64,000 nt of DNA from assembly GCA_963836205.1 (NCBI GenBank), contig CAWIIV010000025.1:25224-89223 (forward strand), written 5' to 3'. The number at the start of each line of letters is the position of its first letter. Within the stretch, counting starts at the first letter, position 1. Position numbers and translations under genes: made by a program. The notes under the pieces are model-generated. The model was not told where the DNA came from. It searched no databases and saw only the letters and a program-made list of their open reading frames with translations. This stretch comes from an uncultured Acidimicrobiia bacterium (GTDB lineage: Bacteria; Actinomycetota; Acidimicrobiia; Acidimicrobiales; AC-14). Shown here in pieces: positions 36,885-46,643 of this stretch.

Positions 36885-36924
36885 CCACGCAGAGTAACGG
36901 GACGGACGCCTTCCGTCCCCCGAA

Positions 36925-37578
36925 TTACGCGGGCGGACCCGCCAGCCGGCGCCGCAGCTCCACGTAGACGGTCGGTCCGACGACGGCCTCCAGCTCCTCG
37001 GCCATGGAGTCGATCACCGGCCGGTCGCCGACGTACGCCCGCTCGCCCTCTGTGCAGCACCAGGCCATCGTCTCGCCGTCGGCGCCCCAGTCCCGCCGCT
37101 CCCACCGGCGGACGGTGGCCACCTCGGTGTCGCCCTCCCCCGGCTCCCAGTCGACCTTGATCGGCAGCTGCCAGCACACCGACGGCTTCCACACCACCGG
37201 CGACTCCCCGGAGTGGATCGCCTCCAGGTGCAGGGCGCACCCGGCACCGCCCTCGAAGCCGGGCCGGTTCAGGAAGATGCAGGCCCCGTCGACCACCCGG
37301 GTGGTGGTGCGGGATTCGTCGCCGAAGACGCCGCCCTCGGCCGCCGCCGCGTGGTGCTCGAAGCGGGACGGGTCGAGGGTGGCGGCCAGGGCGCTGATGT
37401 TGCGGGACTCGTCGTCGCCGTCGAGGTCGGCCCCCATCGAGCAGCAGCCCTGGCCCAGGTGCTCGGCCGACTCGGGACCGATGCCCAGGCAGCCGCGGCC
37501 CCAGATGCACGTCCAGTTCGACCTCAGGAAGTCGGAGTCGAAGCGCCAGACGGTGTCGCCGTCGTCGATCTCCTCCAC
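36925..37578 (-). CDS. Cys-rich conserved protein (DUF3109-like)
   Basis: WTCIWGRGCLG, GCCSMGA, ACIFLNR, GCALH and KPSVCWQLP motifs. Confidence 0.8.
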   Translation of the reverse strand: MEEIDDGDTVWRFDSDFLRSNWTCIWGRGCLGIGPESAEHLGQGCCSMGADLDGDDESRNISALAATLDPSRFEHHAAAAEGGVFGDESRTTTRVVDGACIFLNRPGFEGGAGCALHLEAIHSGESPVVWKPSVCWQLPIKVDWEPGEGDTEVATVRRWERRDWGADGETMAWCCTEGERAYVGDRPVIDSMAEELEAVVGPTVYVELRRRLAGPPA

Positions 37579-37583
37579 GGGCC

Positions 37584-38522
37584 TCAGAGCTCCACCCGGT
37601 AGACCCTCCCCGGGCGCTGGACGTCGGCCCACGCCAGCACGCCTGAGTCGGCGGCTCGGTGGAGGCCACCGGAGCTGTCCATGCTCGTTCCGATGACCTT
37701 GGTGGCCGTCTCACCCGAGTCCAGCTCGAGGAAGAGGACCTGGTCGGCCCGGGTGGTCCCGTCGACGGAGCTGACCAGGAGGGTGGCTTCGTCGTGGATG
37801 AGGGTGACGCCGGCGGGTGCGCCCAGGTGGAGGTCGGTGAGCAGCGGGGTGACGACGCGCTCGGCCACGCGGAACACGAGTCCCCGGCCGGGTCCGGCGC
37901 CCTGGTCGGTCACGTAGGCCACCCCGTCGGCCGCGACCACGACCGAGTCGGGGCTGACGAAGGGGCCGCCCGAGGCGACGGTGGTCACCGCACCACCCGA
38001 GGCCGACACCCGGAACAGGCCCTCCTGGCCGGTACCGGGGTCGCGGCCGGTGAAGTAGATGTCGTTGCCCACCACGTCGAGGCCGCGGGCGGATCGGCCC
38101 TCGGTGCCGGGGACGATCCCCGGCGCCGGGTCCCCGCCCACCATCGTCACGACCGGGAGGTTGTAGATGGCGCCGTCGGCAAGGAAGGCCCGGACACCGT
38201 CGGCGGCAACGCTGATCCCGGTGGGCCGGACGAGGGGGGCGCCCTCGGCGACGGTGGTCAACGCCCCCCCGTCCCCGGCGACCCGGAAGACGGCGCCACC
38301 GGCGTCGCCGACAGCCGTGAAGTAGAAGGCCTTCCCGTCGGGCGACGGCGCCGCGTCGAGGAGCTGCTGGGCGGCATCCGTCTCCGCCACCACCGACACC
38401 TTCCCGAGGGTCGCATCGAGGCCGCCACCCCCGTCACCCCCGTCACCACCGTCGCCGCCGCAGCCGCCCGCCAGCACGGCCGCCGCCAACATGACCACTG
38501 CCCAACCGTGCGCCTTGCGCAT
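37584..38522 (-). CDS. Beta-propeller lipoprotein (SMP-30/gluconolactonase-like)
   Basis: Lipobox-like AGGC; repeated propeller blades. Confidence 0.7.
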   Translation of the reverse strand: MRKAHGWAVVMLAAAVLAGGCGGDGGDGGDGGGGLDATLGKVSVVAETDAAQQLLDAAPSPDGKAFYFTAVGDAGGAVFRVAGDGGALTTVAEGAPLVRPTGISVAADGVRAFLADGAIYNLPVVTMVGGDPAPGIVPGTEGRSARGLDVVGNDIYFTGRDPGTGQEGLFRVSASGGAVTTVASGGPFVSPDSVVVAADGVAYVTDQGAGPGRGLVFRVAERVVTPLLTDLHLGAPAGVTLIHDEATLLVSSVDGTTRADQVLFLELDSGETATKVIGTSMDSSGGLHRAADSGVLAWADVQRPGRVYRVEL

Positions 38523-38618
38523 GGGGCACCTCCATCGGGCTCCGGGGACACCATTGTCGCCGGTCGACCGGAGTTCGTCACCGCCCCGCCCAATGCATGA
38601 CGTCGCCGGATGAGCGGC

Positions 38619-39794
38619 CTACAGCTTGGTGAGGGCCCGGCGCATGTTCCGGACGGCCTGGCCGATGCGCTGCTCGTTCTCGATGAGGGCGAAGCGCACG
38701 TGGCCGTCGCCGGTGGCCCCGAAGCCGATGCCGGGCGAGGTGGCCACCTTGGCCTCGTTGACCAGGAACGACGCGAACTCCACCGACCCCATCTCCCGGT
38801 AGGGCTCGGGGATCGGGGCCCAGACGAACATGGTGGCCTTGGGCTTCTCGACCTCCCAGCCGATGCGGTTGAGCCCGTCGCACAGGGCGTCGCGCCGGCT
38901 CCAGTAGATCTCGTTGACTTCCTTGGGGTAGTCGGCGGCCTCGTTCATGGCCACCGTGGCCGCGATCTGGATGGGCTGGAAGGCGCCGTAGTCGAGGTAC
39001 GACTTGAGCTTGGCCAGGGCGGCCACGATCTCGGCGTTGCCGACCAGAAACCCCACCCGCCAGCCGGCCATGGAGAACGACTTGGTGAGGGTGTAGAGCT
39101 CGACGGCGACATCCTTGGCCCCCGGCACCTGGAGGATCGACGGGGGCATGTAGCCGTCGAAGGCGGTGTCGGAGTAGGCGAAGTCGTGGACGAGGATCAC
39201 GTCGTGCTCACGGGCGAAGTCGACCAGGCGGGTCAGCCATTCGAGGTCGACGCACGTGGTCGTGGGGTTGTGGGGGAAGGAGAGGACGATCACCTTGGGC
39301 CGGGGCCAGGCGTTCTCCCAGGCGTTGATGAGGTTGGCGAAGAAGTCCTCGCCCGGGCCCAGGGGCACCCGCCGGACGTCGGCCCCCGCGAACAGGGGGG
39401 CGTAGATGTGGATCGGGTACGACGGGGTGGGGACGAGGGCGGTGTCGCCCGGCCCGAGCAGCACCCACATGAGGTGGGTGAGCCCTTCCTTGGCCCCGAT
39501 CACGTTGAGGACCTCGGTGTCGGGGTCGAGGTCGACGTCGAAGCGGCGCTGGTAGAGGTCGGACGCGGCCAGGCGCAGCTTGGGGATGCCCTTGCTCGAC
39601 GAGTACCGGTGGTTGCGGGGGTTGCGGGCGGCCTCGGCCAGCTTCTCCACCGCGATCTCGGGCGACGGGATGTCGGGGTTGCCGAACCCGAGGTCGATCA
39701 CGTCGTCGCCCGCCCGCCGGGCCGCCATCTTCAGCCCGTCGATGATGGTGAACACGTACGGCGGCAGGGCGTTGATGCGTCGGAACTCCACCAC
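38619..39794 (-). CDS. alaC: PLP-dependent class I aminotransferase (AlaC-like)
   Basis: LPPYVF, FPHNPT, HDFAY and [12 protein letters not shown] motifs; KSYLDYG. Confidence 0.85.
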   Translation of the reverse strand: MVEFRRINALPPYVFTIIDGLKMAARRAGDDVIDLGFGNPDIPSPEIAVEKLAEAARNPRNHRYSSSKGIPKLRLAASDLYQRRFDVDLDPDTEVLNVIGAKEGLTHLMWVLLGPGDTALVPTPSYPIHIYAPLFAGADVRRVPLGPGEDFFANLINAWENAWPRPKVIVLSFPHNPTTTCVDLEWLTRLVDFAREHDVILVHDFAYSDTAFDGYMPPSILQVPGAKDVAVELYTLTKSFSMAGWRVGFLVGNAEIVAALAKLKSYLDYGAFQPIQIAATVAMNEAADYPKEVNEIYWSRRDALCDGLNRIGWEVEKPKATMFVWAPIPEPYREMGSVEFASFLVNEAKVATSPGIGFGATGDGHVRFALIENEQRIGQAVRNMRRALTKL

Positions 39795-39863
39795 GGCAGG
39801 CTACCCCCGGCCCCGTGCGTCGCTGCCCCGTATTCGGACGGCCGGACTCCTACCCTGGTGCCG

Positions 39864-40586
39864 GTGCGCCGCGTGCGGGTGGTCCTTGCCCTCGCCCTCG
39901 CGCTCGCCCTGGGCGCGTGCGCCGGCACCGACCAGGCCAGACCCCGGTCACCGACCCCGACCACACCGGCTGTGCCCTTCGACGTGGCGTGGCAGGCGAG
40001 GCTGGGGAAGGGGTCGACACTGGTCGCCGACTTCGACGGCGACGGAGCCGACGACACCATGTCGATGTACAACGCCGGGCTTTGGATCAACATCCAGGAC
40101 TGGTTCGTCGACCTGGCCCTCGCCACCGGCGAGACCCAGACCCTCGGCATGTCGACGTTCGGGACGGGTATCAGCTTCGGCGACCCTCTCCGCCTCATCC
40201 AGGTGGCCGACCTGCCCGGACAGGTGGCCAAGGGGGCGTGGGCCAACGTCGGGTACTCCGCCATCACGAGCCAGATCGCCCTCCTGGTGGTCCACGAGGG
40301 CCGGCTGCAGGGAGCCACCATCGACGGTCGGCCGGGCATGTTCGGGAGGTCGTTCTCCGTGGGCGGGATCGTCGGCAAGGCGACCGGCACCATCGAGTGC
40401 CTCGACGGGGCGTCCACCGTGAAGGTGCACTGGACTGGTCAGGACGCCCACGGTCACGTCGAGGGAACGACGACGTTTCACCTGGACGGGACCACGTTCT
40501 CCGAGGTCGAACGCGAGTCGTCCGGGTACGACGTACGCACGGGGACAGTGACGGGCGCCCGCACGCCGGATTGCCCGGCGGCGTGA
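39864..40586 (+). CDS. Putative lipoprotein with FG-GAP-like motif
   Basis: Lipobox LGAC; ADFDGDGADD. Confidence 0.7.
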   Translation: MRRVRVVLALALALALGACAGTDQARPRSPTPTTPAVPFDVAWQARLGKGSTLVADFDGDGADDTMSMYNAGLWINIQDWFVDLALATGETQTLGMSTFGTGISFGDPLRLIQVADLPGQVAKGAWANVGYSAITSQIALLVVHEGRLQGATIDGRPGMFGRSFSVGGIVGKATGTIECLDGASTVKVHWTGQDAHGHVEGTTTFHLDGTTFSEVERESSGYDVRTGTVTGARTPDCPAA

Positions 40587-40593
40587 CCTCGGC

Positions 40594-41799
40594 TCACCCC
40601 CGGGTGGAAGCGGCCAGGGCCTCCTTGAGCTTGATGCGGCCCCGCGTGCGCAAGGCGCCGCCGGAGTAGACCCGGGCCGACACCCGCACGACGATCACGA
40701 CCGTCACTAGGACGAGGGCCACCACCGCCACCGCCTCCCCGGCCGAGGCCTCGCCCGAGGCCATGCGGATGGGCATGACCAGCGGCGCCCAGAAGGGCAC
40801 CCACGACATGACCCGGCCCATCAGCCCGGCGGGGTCGCCGATGGCGGCGAAGGTGCCGAAGTAGCCGGCCATGATCAGGAAGGTGATCGGCGAGGTCGTG
40901 TTCTGCAGCTCCTCGGCCCGGGACGCGACCGCGCCGGCCATGGCGAACAGTGCGCTGTAGAGGGCGAAGCCGAGCAAGAACCAGCCCATGACCAGCACGA
41001 ACGCGCCGCCGACCCCGGGCGGCAGGTCGATCGTCCCCGTGATCGTCGCCGCCGCCAGCCCGACCACCATGAACAGGGCGAGCTGGACGAAGCCGAGGAC
41101 GCCCACGCCGACGATCTTGCCGGTGAGCAGCTGACCGGGGCTCATCTTGGCCAGCAGCAGCTCGACGACCCGGGACGACTTCTCCTCCACCACGCTGCTC
41201 GCCACCGCGAACCCGTAGCCGAAGAGCTGGCCGAACACGAAGAACACGCCGAAGGTGACGAGCGAGCGGCGGTCGTCGCTCTCCTGGTCGGGCGGGTCGA
41301 TGGCCGCCGTCTGCAAGGGCGGCGGATCGGTGATGGCCACCGCTTCGTCCCCCGAAACCCCGGCCGCGGCCAGCGCCTGCTGGGCCCGCACGTCGCGGTT
41401 GGCCAGCTGGAGCAGCGCCTCCAGGTCGCCTTCGAGCTTCTCCTTCACGACCACCGTGTCGCCGTCGACGGCGGCGTCGAGCTCGTCGGCCTCGACCAGC
41501 CGCTCGGCCTCGGCCCGGTCGGCGACGGTGCGGGTGGTGACCTCGAACCTGTCCCCCAGGTCGACCCGGGGCAGGGCATCGATGAGGGGCGACGCCGTCT
41601 CGCCGGTGGACACCACGCCCACCTCGAACTTCTCGGGACCGTCGTCGCCACCGAGGCCGGGGACGATGGCGATGGCCAGCACGATGAGCAGGGTGACGCC
41701 GGTGGAGATCACGAACGCCCGCTGGCGGGTGCGCTCCACCAGCTCCCGGCGGATGACGAGGAACACCGCCTGCCGGCCGGTCATCGGCTTCGCCGTCAC
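40594..41799 (-). CDS. ABC-2 type exporter permease (NatB-like)
   Basis: VVEEKSSRVVELLL and GKIVG motifs; TMs. Confidence 0.9.
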   Translation of the reverse strand: MTAKPMTGRQAVFLVIRRELVERTRQRAFVISTGVTLLIVLAIAIVPGLGGDDGPEKFEVGVVSTGETASPLIDALPRVDLGDRFEVTTRTVADRAEAERLVEADELDAAVDGDTVVVKEKLEGDLEALLQLANRDVRAQQALAAAGVSGDEAVAITDPPPLQTAAIDPPDQESDDRRSLVTFGVFFVFGQLFGYGFAVASSVVEEKSSRVVELLLAKMSPGQLLTGKIVGVGVLGFVQLALFMVVGLAAATITGTIDLPPGVGGAFVLVMGWFLLGFALYSALFAMAGAVASRAEELQNTTSPITFLIMAGYFGTFAAIGDPAGLMGRVMSWVPFWAPLVMPIRMASGEASAGEAVAVVALVLVTVVIVVRVSARVYSGGALRTRGRIKLKEALAASTRG

Positions 41800-42689
41800 G
41801 CCTGCACCACCTCCCGGAACAGCTCGGCCAGGGTGGGCGCCTCCGGCGTGAAGGCCTCCACCCGTCCTGCCGATCGGGCCGCGTCGAGCACCTGCTGGGT
41901 GTCGGCGCCGTCGTCGAGCTGCAGCACGACCACACCGTCGCCGTCGGCGTGGGCCACGGTGACGCCCGCCAATCCGGCCACCCAGTCCGAGGTCGCGCCC
42001 GCGACCGCCACCCGGAGCCGGCGACCGCCGTGGCGGGCCCGCAGCTCCTCGATGCGCCCGTCGGCCACCACCTTGCCCCGGTCGAGGATGGTGACCGCGT
42101 CGCACAGGTGCTCCACCAGCTCCAGCTGGTGGCTGGAGAACACGATCGCCGCCCCCCGATCGGCCTCCTCCCGGAGGACGGCGGCCAAGACGTCGACGCC
42201 CACCGGGTCGAGGCCGGAGAACGGCTCGTCGAGGACGAGCACGTCCGGTCCGTGGACCAGGGCCGCCGCCAGCTGCACCCGCTGCTGGTTGCCGAGGGAG
42301 AGCTCGTCGACCTTGTCCTGGGCCCGGTCGGCCACCCCCAGCCGCTCGACCCAGTGGGCAGCCGCCTTCTGGGCGTCGGCCGGCTCCAGCCCCGACAGCC
42401 GGCCGAAGAACTCGAGCTGGTCGGTCACCCGCATCTTGGGATAGAGGCCCCGCTCCTCGGGCATGTAGCCGATCCGGCGGCGGGCGACGTCGTCGATGGG
42501 CACCCCGTTGAGGTGGACCTCGCCGGCGTCGGGCTCGGCCAGGCCGAGGACGATGCGCATGGTGGTGGTCTTGCCCGCCCCGTTGCGCCCGACCAGCCCC
42601 CGCATCTGTCCCGGTTTGACGGCGAACGACACGCCGTCGAGAGCGACCACATCGCCGTACCGCCGGGAGACGTCTCGAAGCTCGAGCAC
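41796..42689 (-). CDS. ABC exporter ATP-binding protein
   Basis: GRNGAGKTT, LSLGNQQR and LDEPFSGLDP motifs. Confidence 0.95.
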   Translation of the reverse strand: MLELRDVSRRYGDVVALDGVSFAVKPGQMRGLVGRNGAGKTTTMRIVLGLAEPDAGEVHLNGVPIDDVARRRIGYMPEERGLYPKMRVTDQLEFFGRLSGLEPADAQKAAAHWVERLGVADRAQDKVDELSLGNQQRVQLAAALVHGPDVLVLDEPFSGLDPVGVDVLAAVLREEADRGAAIVFSSHQLELVEHLCDAVTILDRGKVVADGRIEELRARHGGRRLRVAVAGATSDWVAGLAGVTVAHADGDGVVVLQLDDGADTQQVLDAARSAGRVEAFTPEAPTLAELFREVVQA

Positions 42690-42703
42690 GTCTCGACCGT
42701 AAC

Positions 42704-42919
42704 TCAGCCGCCGTCGCCGCCCGACCCCCCCTTTTCCCGCAGGCCGAGCATCATGCCGAGCAGGCCCATGGCGATCGCCGCCAGGTACAGGCCCATGAGG
42801 CTGGGGTCCTCGCCCTCCCGGGCCACGTCGTAGACGATCCCGCCGACCAGGGCGACGGTGGCGATGGCGATGAGGACCCAGCTGAGAGGATTGCTGCTTC
42901 CGCGCTTTCGGGTGTCCAT
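42704..42919 (-). CDS. Small two-TM hypothetical protein
   Basis: Two hydrophobic helices in 71 aa; co-oriented with the ABC genes. Confidence 0.6.
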   Translation of the reverse strand: MDTRKRGSSNPLSWVLIAIATVALVGGIVYDVAREGEDPSLMGLYLAAIAMGLLGMMLGLREKGGSGGDGG

Positions 42920-42960
42920 GCCTGCTTCGTTCCCGCGGCGGCGGCGAGCGGAACCGTCGG

Positions 42961-43770
42961 TTAGGGCTCGAGGCCGAGGCCGAGGCCGGCGCCGGCCATG
43001 GCGATGGTCTCGGCCGCAGCCGGGTCGCGGCCGATGTCGAGGGGCGCGCAGACGGCCCACGAGGCGCCGGCGGCGGCGAGGGCGTCGAGGTGGCGGCGGA
43101 GATCGTCGACGGTGCCCCACACCAGGCCGGGACGGGTGCCGAGCTCGGCCAGCTTGGCGTCGGCCTCGTCCCGGGTACGGCCGACGAGCACCTGCCCGGC
43201 CCAGGTCGGCTCCACGCCGGTGCCGGCCAGCTCGCCCGCGGCCGCCGCGAACGAGGCCACGTCGAGTCCCCAGCCGTTCCACCCCCGGGCCCGGCCCGCC
43301 ACCGCCATGGCCCGGGCGGCAGCCGAGCGACCCCCGACCCACGTGACGACCCCCGCGTCGGCCAGCGCCTCGGCGCACGCCACCAGCCGGGTCCGGCGCT
43401 CGGCCATGGAGGGGTAGCCCACGCCGTAGGCCACGTTCTCGGCCCGGTTGGCGAGGTCACCCGTACCGAGGCCCGCCACCAGGCGATCACCGGCGATCTG
43501 GTGGAGGGTGAGCATGGCGTGCAGGAGCAGGGCATCGGGCAGGAGGCCGACGCGGGCCACGAGGGTGCCCACCGCGACCTTCGCCGTCTCCGCCGTCACC
43601 GCCGCCAGCAGCTCGTAGGAGTGGAGGGCGGGACGGTCGGGACGGCCCAGGGGCCACAGATGGTCGAAGACGAAGATGCCGTCGAGCCCGGCCTCTTCGG
43701 CCGCCCGGGCCGCGGCCAGGGCCGGCTGAGGGTCGCTCCGGAACTGGGGCAGGGTGATGCCGAGCCGCAT
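42961..43770 (-). CDS. LLM-class flavin-dependent oxidoreductase
   Basis: MRLGITLPQF, FVFDHL, VGTLV and LGTG motifs. Confidence 0.88.
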   Translation of the reverse strand: MRLGITLPQFRSDPQPALAAARAAEEAGLDGIFVFDHLWPLGRPDRPALHSYELLAAVTAETAKVAVGTLVARVGLLPDALLLHAMLTLHQIAGDRLVAGLGTGDLANRAENVAYGVGYPSMAERRTRLVACAEALADAGVVTWVGGRSAAARAMAVAGRARGWNGWGLDVASFAAAAGELAGTGVEPTWAGQVLVGRTRDEADAKLAELGTRPGLVWGTVDDLRRHLDALAAAGASWAVCAPLDIGRDPAAAETIAMAGAGLGLGLEP

Positions 43771-43867
43771 GGAGCGGGACGCTACCGAGATTCGGGGGGT
43801 CTCTGGGCCCAGAGACGGAGAGCAACCGGCCCCCGGGGGCTGGGGAGCCCGGGGACCGGTGCTCTTC

Positions 43868-44875
43868 TTATCTGTTCAACGGGCGGGGCCCGATGTTCTC
43901 GCGAACTGGGTTCTGGCTCATCTCGTCCACCAACTCGGCGCCCAGGCAGCCGGCGCCGATGGCACCCGCCCGGGGACCGAGGGCGGCGGCGACCACGGGG
44001 ATCGCCGGCCGCCACGCCCGCCCCTGGAGCAGGGAGGAGAACGCGGCCCGGACCGGTTCGAGGAGGAGGTCGCCCATGGTGACCAGGCCGCCGCCCACGA
44101 CGAACGCCTCCGGGTCGAGGATGTTGGCCAGGTTGGCCAGGCCCAGGCCCACCCACCAGCCGAGCTCGGCCACCAGGGCGCAGGCCTCGACGTCGCCGGC
44201 GGCGGCGGCCGTGGCCACGTGCTCGCCGAGGATGGCGTCGGGGCGTCCCCCGGCCAGGGCCAGCACCGCCGCCGCCCGCCCGTCGGCGACCGCCAACCGG
44301 GCCGACCGGGCCAGCCCGCTGCCCGACGCGTAGCGCTCCCAGCACCCCCGCTGGCCGCACGGGCAGGGCGGCCCGTCGCGGTCGACCACCATGTGGCCCA
44401 CCTCGCCGGCGAAGCCGTTGGCCCCCCGGGTGAGGCGCCCGCCGGTGATGACGCCGCCGCCGATCCCCGTACCCAGGGTGACCAGCACCACGTCGTCGAG
44501 CCCAGTGGCGGCCCCCATGGCCCGCTCGGCCCACGCCGCGCAGGTGGCGTCGTTGTCGACGTGGACGGGCACGCCCAGGCGGCGCTCGAGCTCGGCCCGC
44601 ACCGGCAGCCCGGTCACCCCCGGCAGGTTGGGGGCGAACCGGAGGACGCCGTCGCGGTCGACCAGACCCGGCATCCCCGCCCCCATCGCGGCCAGGGGCC
44701 GGGTGCCGGCCACCTCGACGGCCAGGGCCGCGACCGCGTCGAGGACCTCCTCCCCGGTGTCCGGCGTCGCCACCCGGCCCTCGGCCACGACCCGGTTGCC
44801 GGCCAGGGCCACAGCCAGGCACTTGGTCCCGCCGACGTCGACGCCGACCGTGACCGCCCCGCCAGCGACGGCCAT
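43868..44875 (-). CDS. ROK family glucokinase
   Basis: VDVGGTK, DNDATCAAWAE, GTGIGGG and CPCGQRGCWE motifs. Confidence 0.92.
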   Translation of the reverse strand: MAVAGGAVTVGVDVGGTKCLAVALAGNRVVAEGRVATPDTGEEVLDAVAALAVEVAGTRPLAAMGAGMPGLVDRDGVLRFAPNLPGVTGLPVRAELERRLGVPVHVDNDATCAAWAERAMGAATGLDDVVLVTLGTGIGGGVITGGRLTRGANGFAGEVGHMVVDRDGPPCPCGQRGCWERYASGSGLARSARLAVADGRAAAVLALAGGRPDAILGEHVATAAAAGDVEACALVAELGWWVGLGLANLANILDPEAFVVGGGLVTMGDLLLEPVRAAFSSLLQGRAWRPAIPVVAAALGPRAGAIGAGCLGAELVDEMSQNPVRENIGPRPLNR

Positions 44876-46011
44876 CAGAAGCGGAGGATGGCGCCGATGC
44901 GACCGAGGACGTCGAGGTCGGGGTTGGCCCGGCAGATGGCCAGCCGGCAGGACTGGTTGAGGGCTTCTTCCACCGCCTCCTCGACCACGTCGTCGACCTG
45001 GTGCATGTCGGCCGAGCACAGGGGGCAGCCCCGGCCCCGCACGCCGACGTAACCGCACGCCCGGCACCGCCAGCCGGGCGCCTCGTAGCCCTCCGACACG
45101 AGCAGCGTCTCCACCCGGCGGGCCACCAGGGCGGTCAGGACGTCGGCCAGGCCCACCGCCGCCCCGCTGCCGGCACCCACCGCCTGGCGCAGGCGCTCGA
45201 CCAGGGCCGCCTCCCGAGCCCGCTCCACGCCCGCCTCCACCTCCAGTGCGGCCTGGACGATCTCGTCGTCGCGGGCCGCCACCGGGATCGAGACCCGGGC
45301 CGCGATGCGCTCCCGCAGCCAGGGGTGCAGCTCCCGCTCCAGCTCCCGGCCCATGGCGTCGGGCGTGCCCAGGACGAGGTGGTCGAAAGGATGTTCCTGG
45401 TAGGCGGCGAAGGCGGCCTGGGCCGCCCGGCGGACGTGGTGGGCGGCCGCGGCCTGGGTGTGGCCGGCCAGGTGGTCACGATCCATCTGGCCGCCGTCGT
45501 CGTCGTGGCGGGGCAGTTGGTCGAAGTGCTCGTGCTTCTCCACCAGCTGGCCCTGCTCGAACAGGAAGATCCGGGCCCGCTGGCGGTCGACGAGGAGCAC
45601 CGCGAAGCGCAGGTACTGGTCGACCACCGACTCGAGCACCCGGATGTGGGGCGTGGCGTTGACCACGATCACGTTGGGCACCGAAACGGCCAGAGGCACG
45701 ACCTGCCAGAACCCGTCGGCCGAGCAGGAGAACATGGCCAGGCCCCGGGTCGAGGAGCGGTCGATGCCGCCCCGGACGTAGTCGGAGATGCGCCGCAGGT
45801 CGGCATCCACCGACGCGGTGGCGGCCTTGTCGTGGCCGTCGTTGGCGGCCATCCGCCGCCGGCCCCGCCGCAGCAGGTCGTCGAGATGGGGCTCCACGTC
45901 CTGGGCCCGGATGTAGCGGCGACCGTCGACGTCGAGGTAACACGAGGTCACCGGCGCCCGCTCGCTCGTGAATCCGGCCAGGTCGCGCAGTACTGCATCG
46001 GTGATCGTCAA
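44875..46011 (-). CDS. Bacterial aeRF1-like (baeRF / Vms1-related) protein with Zn ribbon
   Basis: VTSCYLDVDG, RGLAMFS, LVDRQRARIF; C-terminal eRF1-like domain with CRAC/CPLC and IGAILRF. Confidence 0.85.
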   Translation of the reverse strand: MTITDAVLRDLAGFTSERAPVTSCYLDVDGRRYIRAQDVEPHLDDLLRRGRRRMAANDGHDKAATASVDADLRRISDYVRGGIDRSSTRGLAMFSCSADGFWQVVPLAVSVPNVIVVNATPHIRVLESVVDQYLRFAVLLVDRQRARIFLFEQGQLVEKHEHFDQLPRHDDDGGQMDRDHLAGHTQAAAAHHVRRAAQAAFAAYQEHPFDHLVLGTPDAMGRELERELHPWLRERIAARVSIPVAARDDEIVQAALEVEAGVERAREAALVERLRQAVGAGSGAAVGLADVLTALVARRVETLLVSEGYEAPGWRCRACGYVGVRGRGCPLCSADMHQVDDVVEEAVEEALNQSCRLAICRANPDLDVLGRIGAILRF

Positions 46012-46021
46012 GGACCGGAGT

Positions 46022-46510
46022 CTATTTCGGTGTCGGCGTGCGTCGATCGAAGCGGCCGTGGGTGGCCGCCCACAGCCCGCACAGGCCGAGGCCGAAGACG
46101 GGGACGAGGGTGCCGGCGGCCAGATTGGTGTAGAGCCGGATGCCGGCGGTGGCCAGGCCCACGGTGGTCTGGATCACGAGGGCGCCGATGAGGCGGCGGC
46201 GGACGGCGGGCGGGGCGACGTCGCCGGCGAGGAAGAACAGCCCGCCGATGCCGATGGCCTGGGTGCGGCTGCGGTCGGCGGCCCGGAAGAAGGCGAGGGC
46301 GAACAGGACGCAGCCGGCGGCGAAGAGGGCGACGTCGAGGACGAGGGCGGCGGTGCCGAAGGCGCCGGGGGCCAGGGTGGCGGCGACGGCAACCACCACG
46401 AAGACCGCCGTCCCCCACGAGGAAGCCGAGAGGATGCCCGCGCCCGCGATCGGGACGTCCACCGGCGGCGGCGGCGTTGGCGGTGGGTCGGCCGGGGTCT
46501 CGTCGGTCAT
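46022..46510 (-). CDS. Four-TM hypothetical membrane protein
   Basis: Hydrophobic segments; GLWAATHGRF. Confidence 0.75.
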   Translation of the reverse strand: MTDETPADPPPTPPPPVDVPIAGAGILSASSWGTAVFVVVAVAATLAPGAFGTAALVLDVALFAAGCVLFALAFFRAADRSRTQAIGIGGLFFLAGDVAPPAVRRRLIGALVIQTTVGLATAGIRLYTNLAAGTLVPVFGLGLCGLWAATHGRFDRRTPTPK

Positions 46511-46523
46511 CGGCGGCCGGAGG

Positions 46524-46570
46524 TCTTGGGCATGAAAAGGGGCGCCAGACGCACCTTTTCCGGCCCAAGA
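46524..46570. repeat. REP-like imperfect palindrome, copy 2
   Basis: TCTTGGGCATGAAAAGG-GGCGCCAGACGCA-CCTTTTCCGGCCCAAGA. Confidence 0.75.
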
Positions 46571-46643
46571 AGATCAGGGCTCATGGGTGGGCGGCGAGGA
46601 GGTCGCAGGGGGACGTGGTCTCGGCCCGCCGAAAGCCCCGGGC

